Of a DNA stretch of 64,000 bases, positions 46,623 through 56,920 are shown in pieces. A program made the translations under genes and the position numbers. Location: the NCBI GenBank assembly GCA_963651445.1, contig CAVJPU010000004.1, forward strand, positions 10,664-74,663. The letters run 5' to 3'. The notes beneath the pieces are model-generated. The model was given only the letters and a program-made list of their open reading frames with translations, was not told the DNA's origin and did not search any database. This DNA comes from a bacterium. Lineage in GTDB: Bacteria > Bacillota_I > Bacilli_A > RFN20 > CAG-826. Numbering within the stretch: the first letter of the stretch is position 1; every line of letters begins with the position of its first letter.

Positions 46623-48251
46623 TTACATTTTATCTGGAGCGCTGACGCCGATTAAGGTCAACGCATTCCTTAACACAATTTCGCACGCTTTTACCAAAGC
46701 GAGGCGTGCTCCGCTTAGCTTAAGATCATTGCGGTCAATAATCTTATTGGCCGCGTAATATTCATGAATGAGGGCGGCCAGTTCTTCGATATAGGCCGTT
46801 ACTTTGTAAGGGGCCCTGATCTTAGCGGCCTGGTCAATCATGCTCGGATATGCCGCCAAATGTTTCAAAATAGCGGTTTCCTTCTCGTTTCCAACGCCAT
46901 TTAAGCTCATATCCAACTCGATATCGCTTCCAAGATTGAGCAAGGAGGCACATCTAGCATGGGCATACTGAGTGTAATAAACCGGGTTGTCTTTGCTCTT
47001 GGAAACAGCCAAATCATAGTTGAAATCCAAATGACTACCAGGGGCTTTGTCGATGAAGAAATATCTGACCGCATCAACCCCAATTTCCGAAACCAATTCC
47101 CTGTGGGTGATGGCTTTGCCGGTACGTTTGGACATCTTCACTTCCTCACCATCTTTGAAGACTTTGACGATTTGATAGATTTCCATATTCAATCTATTGG
47201 AATCGTATCCACCGATTTCAAGGGCGGAACGCATACGGTTAATGTAACCAAAGTGGTCGGCTCCTAACATATCGACGCAGATGTCGTAGCCTCTTTCCAT
47301 TTTGTTGTAATGGTAACAGATATCTGGCATGAAGTAGGTATAACAACCGTCGGCTTTGATGATTGGACGATCCTTGTCATCGAAGAATTTGGAAGTGGCT
47401 AAGAAAGTGGCGCCTTCGGATTCGTAGACGTAGCCTTTGCCCTTCAATTTCTCAATCGTGTCCTGAATAAGAGTGCCTTCCCTGATTTGGGATTCCTTGA
47501 AGATGACGTCGAATTTAACGCGGAAGTCGGCTAAATCCTTTTGGATCTTACCAAATTCGGTATCGATTCCGTAACGGATGAAGAAGTCATGGGACTCTTT
47601 GCTATCGACAAGGTATTTGTCTCCGAAGTCGTCTTTGATTTTCTTCGCGATGTCAATCAAATCGCGGCCATGGTAGTCATCGTTGCCAAGCTCGATTTTC
47701 TCGCCAAAGAGTTCGTGATAACGAAGCGACAAAGAATGACCTAAATGTTCGACTTGGTTACCGCAGTCGTTGAGGTAATATTCACGAGTAACATCATAAC
47801 CAGCGGCTTCATAAAGATTGCAGATAGCATCTCCTAAGGCGGCGCCTCTGGTATGCCCTAAATGAAGGTCGCCAGTAGGGTTGGCCGAAACGAATTCGAC
47901 ATCGACCTTGATGTTTTTCTTTGGGAGATAGCCATATTTGTCGCCTTCGTTGATGATGGTTTCGACAATCTTGCCCAAGGATTCTTTTTTCATGAAGAAA
48001 TTGATGAATCCCGGACCGGCAATCTCGGTCTTCTCGACTTGGTCTGAGGAGAAGTTTTCCAAGATTAAGGCCGCCACATCGCGTGGGGCTTTGCCAAACA
48101 ATCTAGCATTACGCATGGCAAGATTGGTGGCGTAGTCGCCATGAGCAGGATCTTTGCTGCGTTCAATGACGATGGTAGATGGATCTAAATCCACGCCAAG
48201 CTTTTTGGCGGCGTTGACTAAGGCTAATTGCAGTGTTTCTTCGTTAGTCAT
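46623..48251 (-). CDS. argS: Arginine--tRNA ligase
   Basis: Class-I aaRS with the HIGH-like motif (PTGDLHLGHTRGAALGD) and KMSK (EEVKMSKRTG). The start is the ATG at 48251 behind AAGGAGG; the ORF-track N-terminus overlaps ispF and is spurious. Confidence 0.9.
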   Translation of the reverse strand: MTNEETLQLALVNAAKKLGVDLDPSTIVIERSKDPAHGDYATNLAMRNARLFGKAPRDVAALILENFSSDQVEKTEIAGPGFINFFMKKESLGKIVETIINEGDKYGYLPKKNIKVDVEFVSANPTGDLHLGHTRGAALGDAICNLYEAAGYDVTREYYLNDCGNQVEHLGHSLSLRYHELFGEKIELGNDDYHGRDLIDIAKKIKDDFGDKYLVDSKESHDFFIRYGIDTEFGKIQKDLADFRVKFDVIFKESQIREGTLIQDTIEKLKGKGYVYESEGATFLATSKFFDDKDRPIIKADGCYTYFMPDICYHYNKMERGYDICVDMLGADHFGYINRMRSALEIGGYDSNRLNMEIYQIVKVFKDGEEVKMSKRTGKAITHRELVSEIGVDAVRYFFIDKAPGSHLDFNYDLAVSKSKDNPVYYTQYAHARCASLLNLGSDIELDMSLNGVGNEKETAILKHLAAYPSMIDQAAKIRAPYKVTAYIEELAALIHEYYAANKIIDRNDLKLSGARLALVKACEIVLRNALTLIGVSAPDKM

Positions 48252-48726
48252 CGTTTTCCTCCTTAAGTAGCGTGATGACGGTCGCTCTGACCGCCTGGCC
48301 GAGGCCCACTGGGCCAAGACCTTCGTTGGTGCGAGCTTTGATGGAGATGTTCTCAATCTCGGTTTCCAGTAAGGAAGCCAGGGATTTTCTCATCTCATCG
48401 ATATACGGTTTGAGTTTGATATCCTCCAAGAAGATATTGGAGTCCAACGAGGATACTTTGTATCCTCTCTTTTTGGCTAACGATAGGGCGTCCTTTACGA
48501 TAAGACGGCTATCGATGCCTTCAGTTTTAGGATCGTTGTTGGGGAAATGCCAGCCAATGTCTTTTTCCGCAAGGGCGCCATAAATAGCGTCCGCGACTGC
48601 GTGCAAGACAACATCCCCATCGGAATGGGCTTCTTCGCCCACTTCGCTTGGGATTTCGATTCCAGCCAGCATCAGCTTACGGCCTTTAACCAAACGATGG
48701 ATATCTTCGCCTAAGCCGATTCTCAT
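48244..48726 (-). CDS. ispF: 2-C-methyl-D-erythritol 2,4-cyclodiphosphate synthase
   Basis: 160 aa. IGLGEDIHRL...HSDGDVVLHA are the canonical IspF zinc-site motifs. Confidence 0.9.
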   Translation of the reverse strand: MRIGLGEDIHRLVKGRKLMLAGIEIPSEVGEEAHSDGDVVLHAVADAIYGALAEKDIGWHFPNNDPKTEGIDSRLIVKDALSLAKKRGYKVSSLDSNIFLEDIKLKPYIDEMRKSLASLLETEIENISIKARTNEGLGPVGLGQAVRATVITLLKEENDD

Positions 48727-49835
48727 ACGTTGAACCTGAAGAAGACGACATCGCCGTCTTTCATAAGGTAATCCTTTCCTTCCATGCGGAGTTTGCCATT
48801 GGCTTTGACCTCAGCTTCGCTGCCATAGGTCTTGAAGTCATCGAAGGAATAAACTTCCGCTTTGATGAATCCTTTTTCGAAGTCGGAATGGATGATGCCA
48901 GCGCATTGTGGGGCCAACATGCCATTGGAGAAGGTCCAGGCACGGCATTCATCAGCACCGCTAGTGAAGAAGGTCGAGAGGTTCAAAAGCTTGTAGGAAG
49001 CCTTGACCAATCTATCCAAACCGGATTCTTTCTCGCCTAGGGTTTCCAAGAATTCCTTCTTTTCCTCTGGGCTGAGTTGAGAAATTTCATATTCGATTTG
49101 GCAGCTAACAGGAATGCATTGGGCATTCTCTTGAGCGGCAATCTCCTTGACAGTTTGATAATATTTGCAATTATCCAAGTCCGCATAAGCGTCCTCATTG
49201 ACATTGGCGACGTAAAGAATTGGCTTTAGGGTCAGCAAGAAGAAATTCTTCTTAGCATATTCCATTTGTTCATCGCTCAGGCCTTTGACCAAACGAGCTG
49301 GGAGACCTTGGTCGAGAACGCCTTTTATGGCTTCGAGGATAGGAAGCTCATAGGCGGCGACTTTGTCGCGTCCGACCCTGGCTTTAGTAGCCTGACGGGC
49401 AATACGGCCTTCGACTGAATCAAGGTCTGACATCGCCAATTCGAGATTGATGGTTGAGATGTCGTTAGCTGGATCAACTGGTTCCTCGTTGTAGCGGAGA
49501 ACAGCTTCGTTATCAAAACAACGCACGACTTCAACGATGGCATCGCATTCTCGGATAGCGGCTAAGAATTGGTTGCCCAATCCCTCTCCTTTGGAGGCAC
49601 CACGAACCAAACCGGCGATATCGTAGAATTCGAAGGTAGCGTTGATTTTCTTTAACGGATGAAATTTCTCAGTGAGGAAATCGAGCCTTTCATCAGGCAC
49701 GATAACCACGCCAGTGTTTGGATTGATGGTGGCGAATGGATAGTTTTCCGCCAAGACGTGAGAATTCGTGATGGCGTTGAATAAGGTTGATTTACCGACA
49801 TTTGGTAATCCGACAATTCCTGCTTTAAGAGACAT
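48723..49835 (-). CDS. ychF: Redox-regulated ATPase YchF (Obg-family GTPase)
   Basis: 370 aa. Walker [17 protein letters not shown], with a C-terminal TGS domain. Confidence 0.9.
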   Translation of the reverse strand: MSLKAGIVGLPNVGKSTLFNAITNSHVLAENYPFATINPNTGVVIVPDERLDFLTEKFHPLKKINATFEFYDIAGLVRGASKGEGLGNQFLAAIRECDAIVEVVRCFDNEAVLRYNEEPVDPANDISTINLELAMSDLDSVEGRIARQATKARVGRDKVAAYELPILEAIKGVLDQGLPARLVKGLSDEQMEYAKKNFFLLTLKPILYVANVNEDAYADLDNCKYYQTVKEIAAQENAQCIPVSCQIEYEISQLSPEEKKEFLETLGEKESGLDRLVKASYKLLNLSTFFTSGADECRAWTFSNGMLAPQCAGIIHSDFEKGFIKAEVYSFDDFKTYGSEAEVKANGKLRMEGKDYLMKDGDVVFFRFNV

Positions 49836-49940
49836 AGATAAAACCCAAAAGTATCGTAGAGATTATATATCTCTAGGAAGAAAGCACAACAACGAATCTT
49901 GAAACTTTCATTGTTTCAAGTAGTTATTTTGACGAAAGAA

Positions 49941-49968
49941 ATAAAAAACCCACCGGCTTAGGTGGGTA
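49941..49968 (-). terminator. Rho-independent terminator of the csp gene
   Basis: The minus strand reads CCCACC-taagcc-GGTGGG followed by TTTTTTAT. Confidence 0.75.
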
Positions 49969-49983
49969 AGAATTTACGACTAA

Positions 49984-50184
49984 TTAGTCGACTTTCTTGA
50001 TGTTCTGAGCTCTTAATCCACGATCGGACTGGACAACTTCGAATTCGACGTTTTCGCCTTGTTCGGTGGTCTTAAATCCTTCCATGATCAATGAGCTGTA
50101 GTGGAAAAAGTAGTCGTTTTTGTCCTCACCACGGATGAATCCGTAGCCTTTTTCCTTGTTGAACATTTTGACAGTTCCCTTCAT
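49984..50184 (-). CDS. Cold-shock protein (CspA family)
   Basis: MKGTVKMFNKEKGYGFI carries the RNP1-like motif. 66 aa. Confidence 0.85.
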   Translation of the reverse strand: MKGTVKMFNKEKGYGFIRGEDKNDYFFHYSSLIMEGFKTTEQGENVEFEVVQSDRGLRAQNIKKVD

Positions 50185-50260
50185 TAAGAAAACCTTCACT
50201 TTCTAGTCGAGCCGTAAACTCAAAACCGAAGGGTATTATATCAGCGTTTTGTGAAAGTGG

Positions 50261-53044
50261 TTATTTAGTTTTCATTTCTTTTCTAAAATTACGATTTTTA
50301 ACGAAGACGTGGATATAAATTCTGATCAAAACGAAAGCTAAAATTGCCGATATCGCAACGGCATATGCGGGCTCGAAAGAAAAGTTGAATTGAGTTTCTA
50401 CCCCGAAGTTTTTGCCTATTTGCTTGTGCAGAAATACCTCCATCATTGAAATAAACAAAATGGCAATCAACGAACTCGGAAAAGTAATCAAACTGTTTAT
50501 AGCGTTAAGGCTCCGCTCGATTTCCCTTCTTTCAAGTCCTAAGTAGAAGAGAATTTGACCTTCTTTTTTGTTTTCAAGAATCGTCAGAATAACCGTTACA
50601 AACAAAAGGATGAACGCCAAGGCGAAGCAGGAGATTGACGCCATTGAAAGAGACACTTTTAGGTAATCAAAAACCTGCTCCGTTGACTTTGAAATGTTCT
50701 CGCTCGGATCGGTAAAGTCGTATGTACTGAATTTTTCTTTTAGCTCAGTCAGTGTTTCGACGATGTCTTTGTCGCCATATTCGAAGATGCACTTTGTGGG
50801 TTCTAACAAGAAAGAAGACATTCCTAACTCATCGCGGAAGAAATCTATCGGCCAAAAACTATCGACATAAAGTTTGTCCCAGCTGTCTTCCGCAACGCCA
50901 ACCACTTTGACCTCAACACTCCGATATTCATTAATGACTTGGGTTCCTATCTGTTCTTGGCTAACAAAGCCCACCAAATGGATGGTTTTTGGGGTATTCC
51001 ATCGTTTGGACAAAGAGGAGGAAATGACGATTTCTGATGTTTGGTCAGGAGGCCGGCCTGAAATCAAATTAGTGAAATCGTTCGACAAAGTCAAAGCAGA
51101 GGAGGCGGGCAAAAGATAACTTCCTTTGGCCACCGATTCGGGTAGATTTTCTGAAACCCCGTCTTGAGCGCTTAAGCTGGTTGCTTGATCAAGCATCATG
51201 TCAGCCATTTCTTTTGTGCCTGTCGCATAAAATGGAAAAGAAAACCCAACCATCATATTGTTCGGATATGAAGTGTACGAGTATGTCGTTCCTACGATAA
51301 AAGAATCAATTTCAGTCTGCTCTTTTATTGAATAAATATCATCAATAGATAGCGAAGATTTATCGGCCATAAAAACATAGTAGCGGCGGGTCGAACAAAG
51401 ACGGCCAATCTTACAATGGCTTTGGTCATATTGGTATGAATCTGGTTCAAAAATAAAGCGCTCATAATAAGGATCGTTTCGTAGTTGGCGCATCATGGCC
51501 GATCCGGATTCGACCGGCTTGACATAAAAGGTCTTTTGCATAATCCACGGCAAAGAGTGATCCTCGCTATCGCTGGTAGGGAAACACATTCTTTCTTCGT
51601 ACATATGTTCAGACCAACGATGGTTATACGAATAAATCGTTGCTACCGAAGAAGGAACCACGGCTTTAACTTCAACGATTTGCTCATCATCATAATTCCA
51701 GTCTTCATTTGAGACGGCGAAAACAATATTCAATCCTGTCTCAGAAATGTAATCGCCTAGATGGTCGTAATCCCGGAGAATATGAAGTTGAAAACAAAGT
51801 TGGAACATATCGGCATACGGTAATCCTAAAACTATTTGGTCATTTTCTAAAATATTTGGTTTGCTTGGATAATATTCGAGACTATTTTCTTCATCGAGCC
51901 AAAGATACTCGTTGATAGACCTGATAGATAAGCCTTTCAACGTTATTTTGTTGACGCCGTTATTTATGTAAACAATATCCAAGTCTTTGAAGTATGAATC
52001 GAAATTTGCTAGATAAAATGTGCCATAATCCTTAACTTCCGCATTATTTTCGACGATTTTCATCAATTCGTTCTCAGAAGCGGTTATGGTTCTTCCTAAA
52101 GTCTCTCCTGTAGCACCTTTTCGCTCCATTACGAAAGATCCCTCACCTACTATTGAAGCGAAGGATCTATCAATCTCCTCGGATATGCCTCTGCTCAAAT
52201 AAGTTGCGAGTCCCAATGAAACGAACGAAAACATCAGTACCGAAACAGAGAGGAGGCTCCTTTTCTTCCGTTCTTTGCATAGATTAAATGCATGCTTTAA
52301 CCAAAAAATAGTTTTAATCCGCTTGGTTTTCGATACTTTTTTTATTTTAAATCGGCCTACGGACTGAGCTTGTTGTAAAGAGTCCTTTTCAATGGTCAAG
52401 GTGCCATCGCCTATTCTCAGGACACAATCAGCATATTTAAAAGCAGCTTCTTCGTCGTGAGTAACCATAATCACGAGAATGTTTTCAGATATTGATGCAA
52501 GCTTCTCGTATAGGCATAAAGCGCTTTTGCTGTCTAGGGCTCCGGTTGGCTCATCGCACAGTAAAACAGACGGGGAATTGACAACCGATCTAGCAAAGGC
52601 GACACGTTGCTTCTGACCACCACTTAGTTTATTGGCTGTTTCATTAAATTTTTCTTCTATTTCAATCCCTTTTAAAAGACCTTTGAAATGCTGCCTTCGA
52701 ATATTTGATCTTTCTTCGGAAACAGGATCGGCTGCAACAGCCATATTTTTAAAGACGTTTTCAAGTTCCAACAAATCATAGTTTTGCCGAAGGTAGCCAA
52801 TATTCCTCAAACGATGGTTCGAAAGCCATTTTTCATTTTTATTTTTGATATTTGCTTTATTAAAAATAATTTTACCAGTAAAGTTTGTATCAATTCCAGC
52901 TATCATATCCAGCAAGGTTGACTTACCACACCCAGAACTTCCTACAACTGCATAAAAACCAGTGTTTTTAAAAGCAAAATTTAGATTAGAAAATATAGAT
53001 ACACAGCCATATTTTTTGCTAACATTCTTCAAAATAAGACTCAT
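50261..53044 (-). CDS. Fused ABC ATPase / FtsX-like permease (MacB-type) with a ~550-aa extracytoplasmic domain
   Basis: 927 aa. N-terminal Walker A GSSGCGKSTLL, signature LSGGQKQR, Walker B LLCDEPT; TM1 at ~265; a long periplasmic-type domain; C-terminal FtsX-like TM bundle. Its start overlaps the upstream gene's stop (ATGA). Confidence 0.8.
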   Translation of the reverse strand: MSLILKNVSKKYGCVSIFSNLNFAFKNTGFYAVVGSSGCGKSTLLDMIAGIDTNFTGKIIFNKANIKNKNEKWLSNHRLRNIGYLRQNYDLLELENVFKNMAVAADPVSEERSNIRRQHFKGLLKGIEIEEKFNETANKLSGGQKQRVAFARSVVNSPSVLLCDEPTGALDSKSALCLYEKLASISENILVIMVTHDEEAAFKYADCVLRIGDGTLTIEKDSLQQAQSVGRFKIKKVSKTKRIKTIFWLKHAFNLCKERKKRSLLSVSVLMFSFVSLGLATYLSRGISEEIDRSFASIVGEGSFVMERKGATGETLGRTITASENELMKIVENNAEVKDYGTFYLANFDSYFKDLDIVYINNGVNKITLKGLSIRSINEYLWLDEENSLEYYPSKPNILENDQIVLGLPYADMFQLCFQLHILRDYDHLGDYISETGLNIVFAVSNEDWNYDDEQIVEVKAVVPSSVATIYSYNHRWSEHMYEERMCFPTSDSEDHSLPWIMQKTFYVKPVESGSAMMRQLRNDPYYERFIFEPDSYQYDQSHCKIGRLCSTRRYYVFMADKSSLSIDDIYSIKEQTEIDSFIVGTTYSYTSYPNNMMVGFSFPFYATGTKEMADMMLDQATSLSAQDGVSENLPESVAKGSYLLPASSALTLSNDFTNLISGRPPDQTSEIVISSSLSKRWNTPKTIHLVGFVSQEQIGTQVINEYRSVEVKVVGVAEDSWDKLYVDSFWPIDFFRDELGMSSFLLEPTKCIFEYGDKDIVETLTELKEKFSTYDFTDPSENISKSTEQVFDYLKVSLSMASISCFALAFILLFVTVILTILENKKEGQILFYLGLERREIERSLNAINSLITFPSSLIAILFISMMEVFLHKQIGKNFGVETQFNFSFEPAYAVAISAILAFVLIRIYIHVFVKNRNFRKEMKTK

Positions 53045-55041
53045 TCTTCCCTTAAAGCCTCACTTAATGGGTATTTATAAAGTGATCGCATTGGAATTAA
53101 GGTTCCAAAAGCACTCAATAAGACCGAAATCAAAATGACAAAAAATATAAAAAATACTCCATAAGGTATTTTTATAAGATTCAAAAGATTCAAACGTTTT
53201 GACAAATATCCATTTAGAACAATTTGCGCCGGAAAGGAAATGATTAATGCAAAAATTGTTCCTAACGATGAGAGCGATATCGATTCCAGGACATAAAGTT
53301 TTGTCAGTGAAGATTTGGATGAACCCAATGAATTCAAAATTGCAGCTTCCTTCTTTTGATCAAGGAAAGACGAAAATGAAACGAATCCGCAAATAAAGAC
53401 AATCATCAAAAGTTCGAGAGCAATAAAAGGAACGAGTGACGTGTCCAACGCTTTTTGTAAGCTGCTGAAAGATTGTTTTACAGTTAGATAGTTGGAACTT
53501 ATTGACCAACCTTCTGTGCCATCCATTTTTTCTATTTCTTCAGCACCGCTTTCATTCAAGGCAAATATTTTTAATTGGAAATTAGAAGCCGCTTCGCTAG
53601 AACCGGCATTTTCAATTATTTTCAACAGTGAGCCACCGGAGTTGGTTTCGTAAGCAGCGAGGGATGAATAAAGATCTTCATAGTCATAATAAATTCTTGG
53701 TTCATTTAGAAATGAAAATTCAGAAGCGAAACCGGCAATAGTAAAGTCTTTTTTAATTGACACATTTTCTTTAGCATCATCTATGAGTATTGTCATATCA
53801 TAACCTACATGGAGTACCTGGTTTAGTGAACATTCAAACACCGACAAGAATTCGTCATTCACATAACATAACGACTCTATCGATGTGTTTTCACTTACTT
53901 CATATAAAAGATTACGATACACAGTGCATTTTTTTGGTAATATTGGAATTAAATTAACTTCCGCTGATTGAGAATTTATCGAAATAGTGTTCTTGGCTGG
54001 GAAAAAGTATGAAAGATCGTAATTTACACTAATGTTTTCGCTGACAATATTTTTAACTTCCAAAATTGTTGGTCTAGATAGCTTATTCAAAGATAGAGGC
54101 GAGTCTTTTATTTCAACTTTTTCCCTCTTGCTTATTCCGGCAACATATCTGGTTAAAAGTTTTCGGGTTTCAGTTTCGGCAACTTCCTTAGAACCGTTAA
54201 AAAATCCAAGGGAAACGATTATTGTTAAAAAGCCAGTCACCGACGAAACAATGGTAAAGATATTCTTCTTCTTATTGTTTTTGAGATGCTTAGGAAGTAA
54301 TAAACGTATCCATTTGTTTTTGCTTTTCTTTGTTCTTGCTGTGACAAGGTCAAGTGTCTCATTTGATGTCGTCATATCGGATTCAACAGCATGGCCGTCC
54401 TCGAGTCGTATTTTGAAATCAGCGTATTCGTTTACTAGTTTTTCATTATGCGACACTAAAATGACCAGCCTATCCTTCGCAAGATTTTTTAAAGTTTCCA
54501 TCACTTCGATTCCGTGACTTTCATCCAAAGCGCCAGTGGGTTCGTCCGCAAAAATTACATTTGGTTTGTTAATAATCGCTCTCAGCAAGGATACTCTCTG
54601 CTTTTCCCCACCCGAAAGAGTTTTGATGTTTCTGTCTCTCAGCCGTTCCAGCTTAAAAGAAGTCAGTAATCTATCAGCTTCTTCAAAGGCCTCTTTTTTA
54701 TTCCTCCCAGCAATAAGCAACGGCATCGAAATGTTCTCGATAACCGATAGGGAGTCAATTAAATTGAAATATTGATAAACAAAGCCAAAATGCTGATTTC
54801 GAATAGTTTCTAGCTCATTTTTCTTGATATTCGCAAGATTTTTGCCGCCGAAAAGCACTTTTCCAGTTGTCTGTTTTTCGTTGCCCGAAAGCAAATTTAA
54901 AAGCGTGGATTTGCCTGATCCGGATTTGCCAACCAAGCCAACCAATCCCTTTGTAGGAAAGCATAAATTTATGTCCTTAATGGCATAAAAACCATTTTCC
55001 TTGGTGCCGTAATATTTGCTTATGTTTGATAGTTTAAAAAT
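53041..55041 (-). CDS. Fused ABC ATPase / FtsX-like permease (MacB-type), partner of 50261-53044; no canonical start codon (probable AUU)
   Basis: The reading frame is open from the stop at 55062 through ...IFKLSNISKYYGTKENGFYAIKDINLCFPTKGLVGLVGKSGSGKSTLL. The first ATG/GTG/TTG is inside the Walker A loop. An ATT at 55041 lies 6 nt after GGTGGAGGA. C-terminal FtsX-like TM bundle. Confidence 0.65.
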   Translation of the reverse strand: MFKLSNISKYYGTKENGFYAIKDINLCFPTKGLVGLVGKSGSGKSTLLNLLSGNEKQTTGKVLFGGKNLANIKKNELETIRNQHFGFVYQYFNLIDSLSVIENISMPLLIAGRNKKEAFEEADRLLTSFKLERLRDRNIKTLSGGEKQRVSLLRAIINKPNVIFADEPTGALDESHGIEVMETLKNLAKDRLVILVSHNEKLVNEYADFKIRLEDGHAVESDMTTSNETLDLVTARTKKSKNKWIRLLLPKHLKNNKKKNIFTIVSSVTGFLTIIVSLGFFNGSKEVAETETRKLLTRYVAGISKREKVEIKDSPLSLNKLSRPTILEVKNIVSENISVNYDLSYFFPAKNTISINSQSAEVNLIPILPKKCTVYRNLLYEVSENTSIESLCYVNDEFLSVFECSLNQVLHVGYDMTILIDDAKENVSIKKDFTIAGFASEFSFLNEPRIYYDYEDLYSSLAAYETNSGGSLLKIIENAGSSEAASNFQLKIFALNESGAEEIEKMDGTEGWSISSNYLTVKQSFSSLQKALDTSLVPFIALELLMIVFICGFVSFSSFLDQKKEAAILNSLGSSKSSLTKLYVLESISLSSLGTIFALIISFPAQIVLNGYLSKRLNLLNLIKIPYGVFFIFFVILISVLLSAFGTLIPMRSLYKYPLSEALREE

Positions 55042-55082
55042 AAAAGATCCTCCACCAACTTATAGTAGGCAAAGGATCATTT

Positions 55083-55298
55083 TTACTTATCAAATTCGAT
55101 AGGACCTTCGTGGCTAGAAATAACTTTTCGCATAGAGTTCTCGAATTTCTCTCTATCCATCATTATCACATTGCCACAGCTGAGACACTTGATCTTAATG
55201 TCGGCCCCAACTCTTACAATCTGAAACAGTTTGTTTCTCGCTTTGCAAGGATGAGGCTTTTTCATTTCAACCACATCGTAAAGATTGAAACTCACCAT
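55083..55298 (-). CDS. DUF951-family small protein
   Basis: 71 aa. ...PHPCKARNKLFQIVRVGADIKIKCLSCGNVIMMDREKF fits the conserved Firmicutes DUF951 pattern (recalled from memory). Confidence 0.5.
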   Translation of the reverse strand: MVSFNLYDVVEMKKPHPCKARNKLFQIVRVGADIKIKCLSCGNVIMMDREKFENSMRKVISSHEGPIEFDK

Positions 55299-56908
55299 CT
55301 TTCGTCCTCCATTTTGACGGCGTTAGGAAGCTTAGGAAGGCCTGGCATCGTTACGACTTTGCCAGTCAGGACGACGATGAAATTAGCGCCGGCAGAGAGG
55401 TTGCACTCCCTAATGGTAATTGTATGTCCGATTGGAGCGCCTTTAATCTTCGGGTTATCAGTCAGGGAATCAGGAGTTTTGGCCATGCAGATGTAGGCAT
55501 TACCATAGCCCATCTTTTCATATTCTCTTAGCTGTTCCAAAGCCTTTTCTTCGTAAACGACTTCTCCGGCCCTATATATTTCCTTGCAAATGGTTTCGAT
55601 TTTCTTTCTAAGCGGCCATTTCAGGTCGTAAATCGGATGATAATCGCTCGGGCAATTGTCTAACATAAACTTAACTTTTTGGGCTAGTTCAGCGGAACCC
55701 TTGCCGCCTTTCATGAAGCCATCCAAGAAAGCCACTTCGTAATAATTGTTTTTGCACCAATCGATAACTAGTTTGACTTCCTGTTCGGTATCAGACTCAA
55801 AGTGGTTGACGGCAACGATGACTGGGACGCCGTATTTCTTGATGTTTTCAAGATGAACCTGAAGATTGGCTAAGCCTGCTCTTAAGGCATCGAGGTTCTC
55901 TTCTTTAAGATCTTCGAACTTCATTCCACCGTGCATCTTAAGGGCTCGGATAGTGGCAACCATCACGGTAAGATCAGGATGTAATTTGCCTTCTCTCGCA
56001 GCGATATCCAAGAACTTCTCGGCGCCTAAATCAGCGGCGAATCCCGCCTCCGTAATAACGATTGGGGCGAGTTTCAAACCCATATGGGTGGCAATCAAAG
56101 AATTACAGCCATGGGCGATATTGGCAAACGGCCCACCATGGACAATAGCAGGTTGATGTTCGAAAGTCTGAACAAGATTTGGCTTTAAGGCCTCTTTCAT
56201 CAAACGCATAACGGCGTGGGTGATTTTTAAATCCTTAACGGTGACAGGCCTGCCATTGTAAGTGTAGGCCACGATGATTTTCTTTAATCTATCATGGAAA
56301 TCATCGGCGTCTTTGGCTAAACAAAGAATTGCCATCATCTCCGAAGCAACGGTGATAACAAAACCATCATCTCTCGGAGTTCCATTGCCTTTTCCTAAGC
56401 CAACAGTAATTTCCCTTAAAGCTCTATCATTCATATCCATCGCACGTTTCCAAACGACACGATTCGGATCAATACCTAATTCATTTCCCTGGTAGATGTG
56501 GTTGTCGATAACGGCGGAAATAAGGTTGATGGAACTAGTCAAGGCATGCATATCGCCAGTGAAATGAAGGTTAATATCTTCGACTGGGCCTATGGAGGCT
56601 AGTCCACCGCCAGTCGCACCGCCTTTAATGCCAAAAACAGGGCCTAAAGCTGGCTCTCTGAGGCAAAGGATGCACTTCTGGCCTATTTGTCCGAAGCCTT
56701 CCGCCAGAGCGATGGAAGTGGTTGTTTTGCCTTCTCCCGCTTTAGTTGGGGTAATGGCGGTGACCAAAACCAACTTTCCGTCCTCTTTTTTCTTTTTGCT
56801 AAGCATGATTTCCGGATTAATCTTAGCTTTGTAATAGCCATATGGCTCAAGATATTGAGTATCAATGCCAGACATGCTGGCAACTTCGTTGATTTTGAGT
56901 AATTCCAT
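55292..56908 (-). CDS. fhs: Formate--tetrahydrofolate ligase
   Basis: 538 aa. TPTKAGEGKTTTSIALA P-loop with full-length FTHFS conservation. Confidence 0.9.
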   Translation of the reverse strand: MELLKINEVASMSGIDTQYLEPYGYYKAKINPEIMLSKKKKEDGKLVLVTAITPTKAGEGKTTTSIALAEGFGQIGQKCILCLREPALGPVFGIKGGATGGGLASIGPVEDINLHFTGDMHALTSSINLISAVIDNHIYQGNELGIDPNRVVWKRAMDMNDRALREITVGLGKGNGTPRDDGFVITVASEMMAILCLAKDADDFHDRLKKIIVAYTYNGRPVTVKDLKITHAVMRLMKEALKPNLVQTFEHQPAIVHGGPFANIAHGCNSLIATHMGLKLAPIVITEAGFAADLGAEKFLDIAAREGKLHPDLTVMVATIRALKMHGGMKFEDLKEENLDALRAGLANLQVHLENIKKYGVPVIVAVNHFESDTEQEVKLVIDWCKNNYYEVAFLDGFMKGGKGSAELAQKVKFMLDNCPSDYHPIYDLKWPLRKKIETICKEIYRAGEVVYEEKALEQLREYEKMGYGNAYICMAKTPDSLTDNPKIKGAPIGHTITIRECNLSAGANFIVVLTGKVVTMPGLPKLPNAVKMEDERW

Positions 56909-56920
56909 TAGCGTTGCCCC

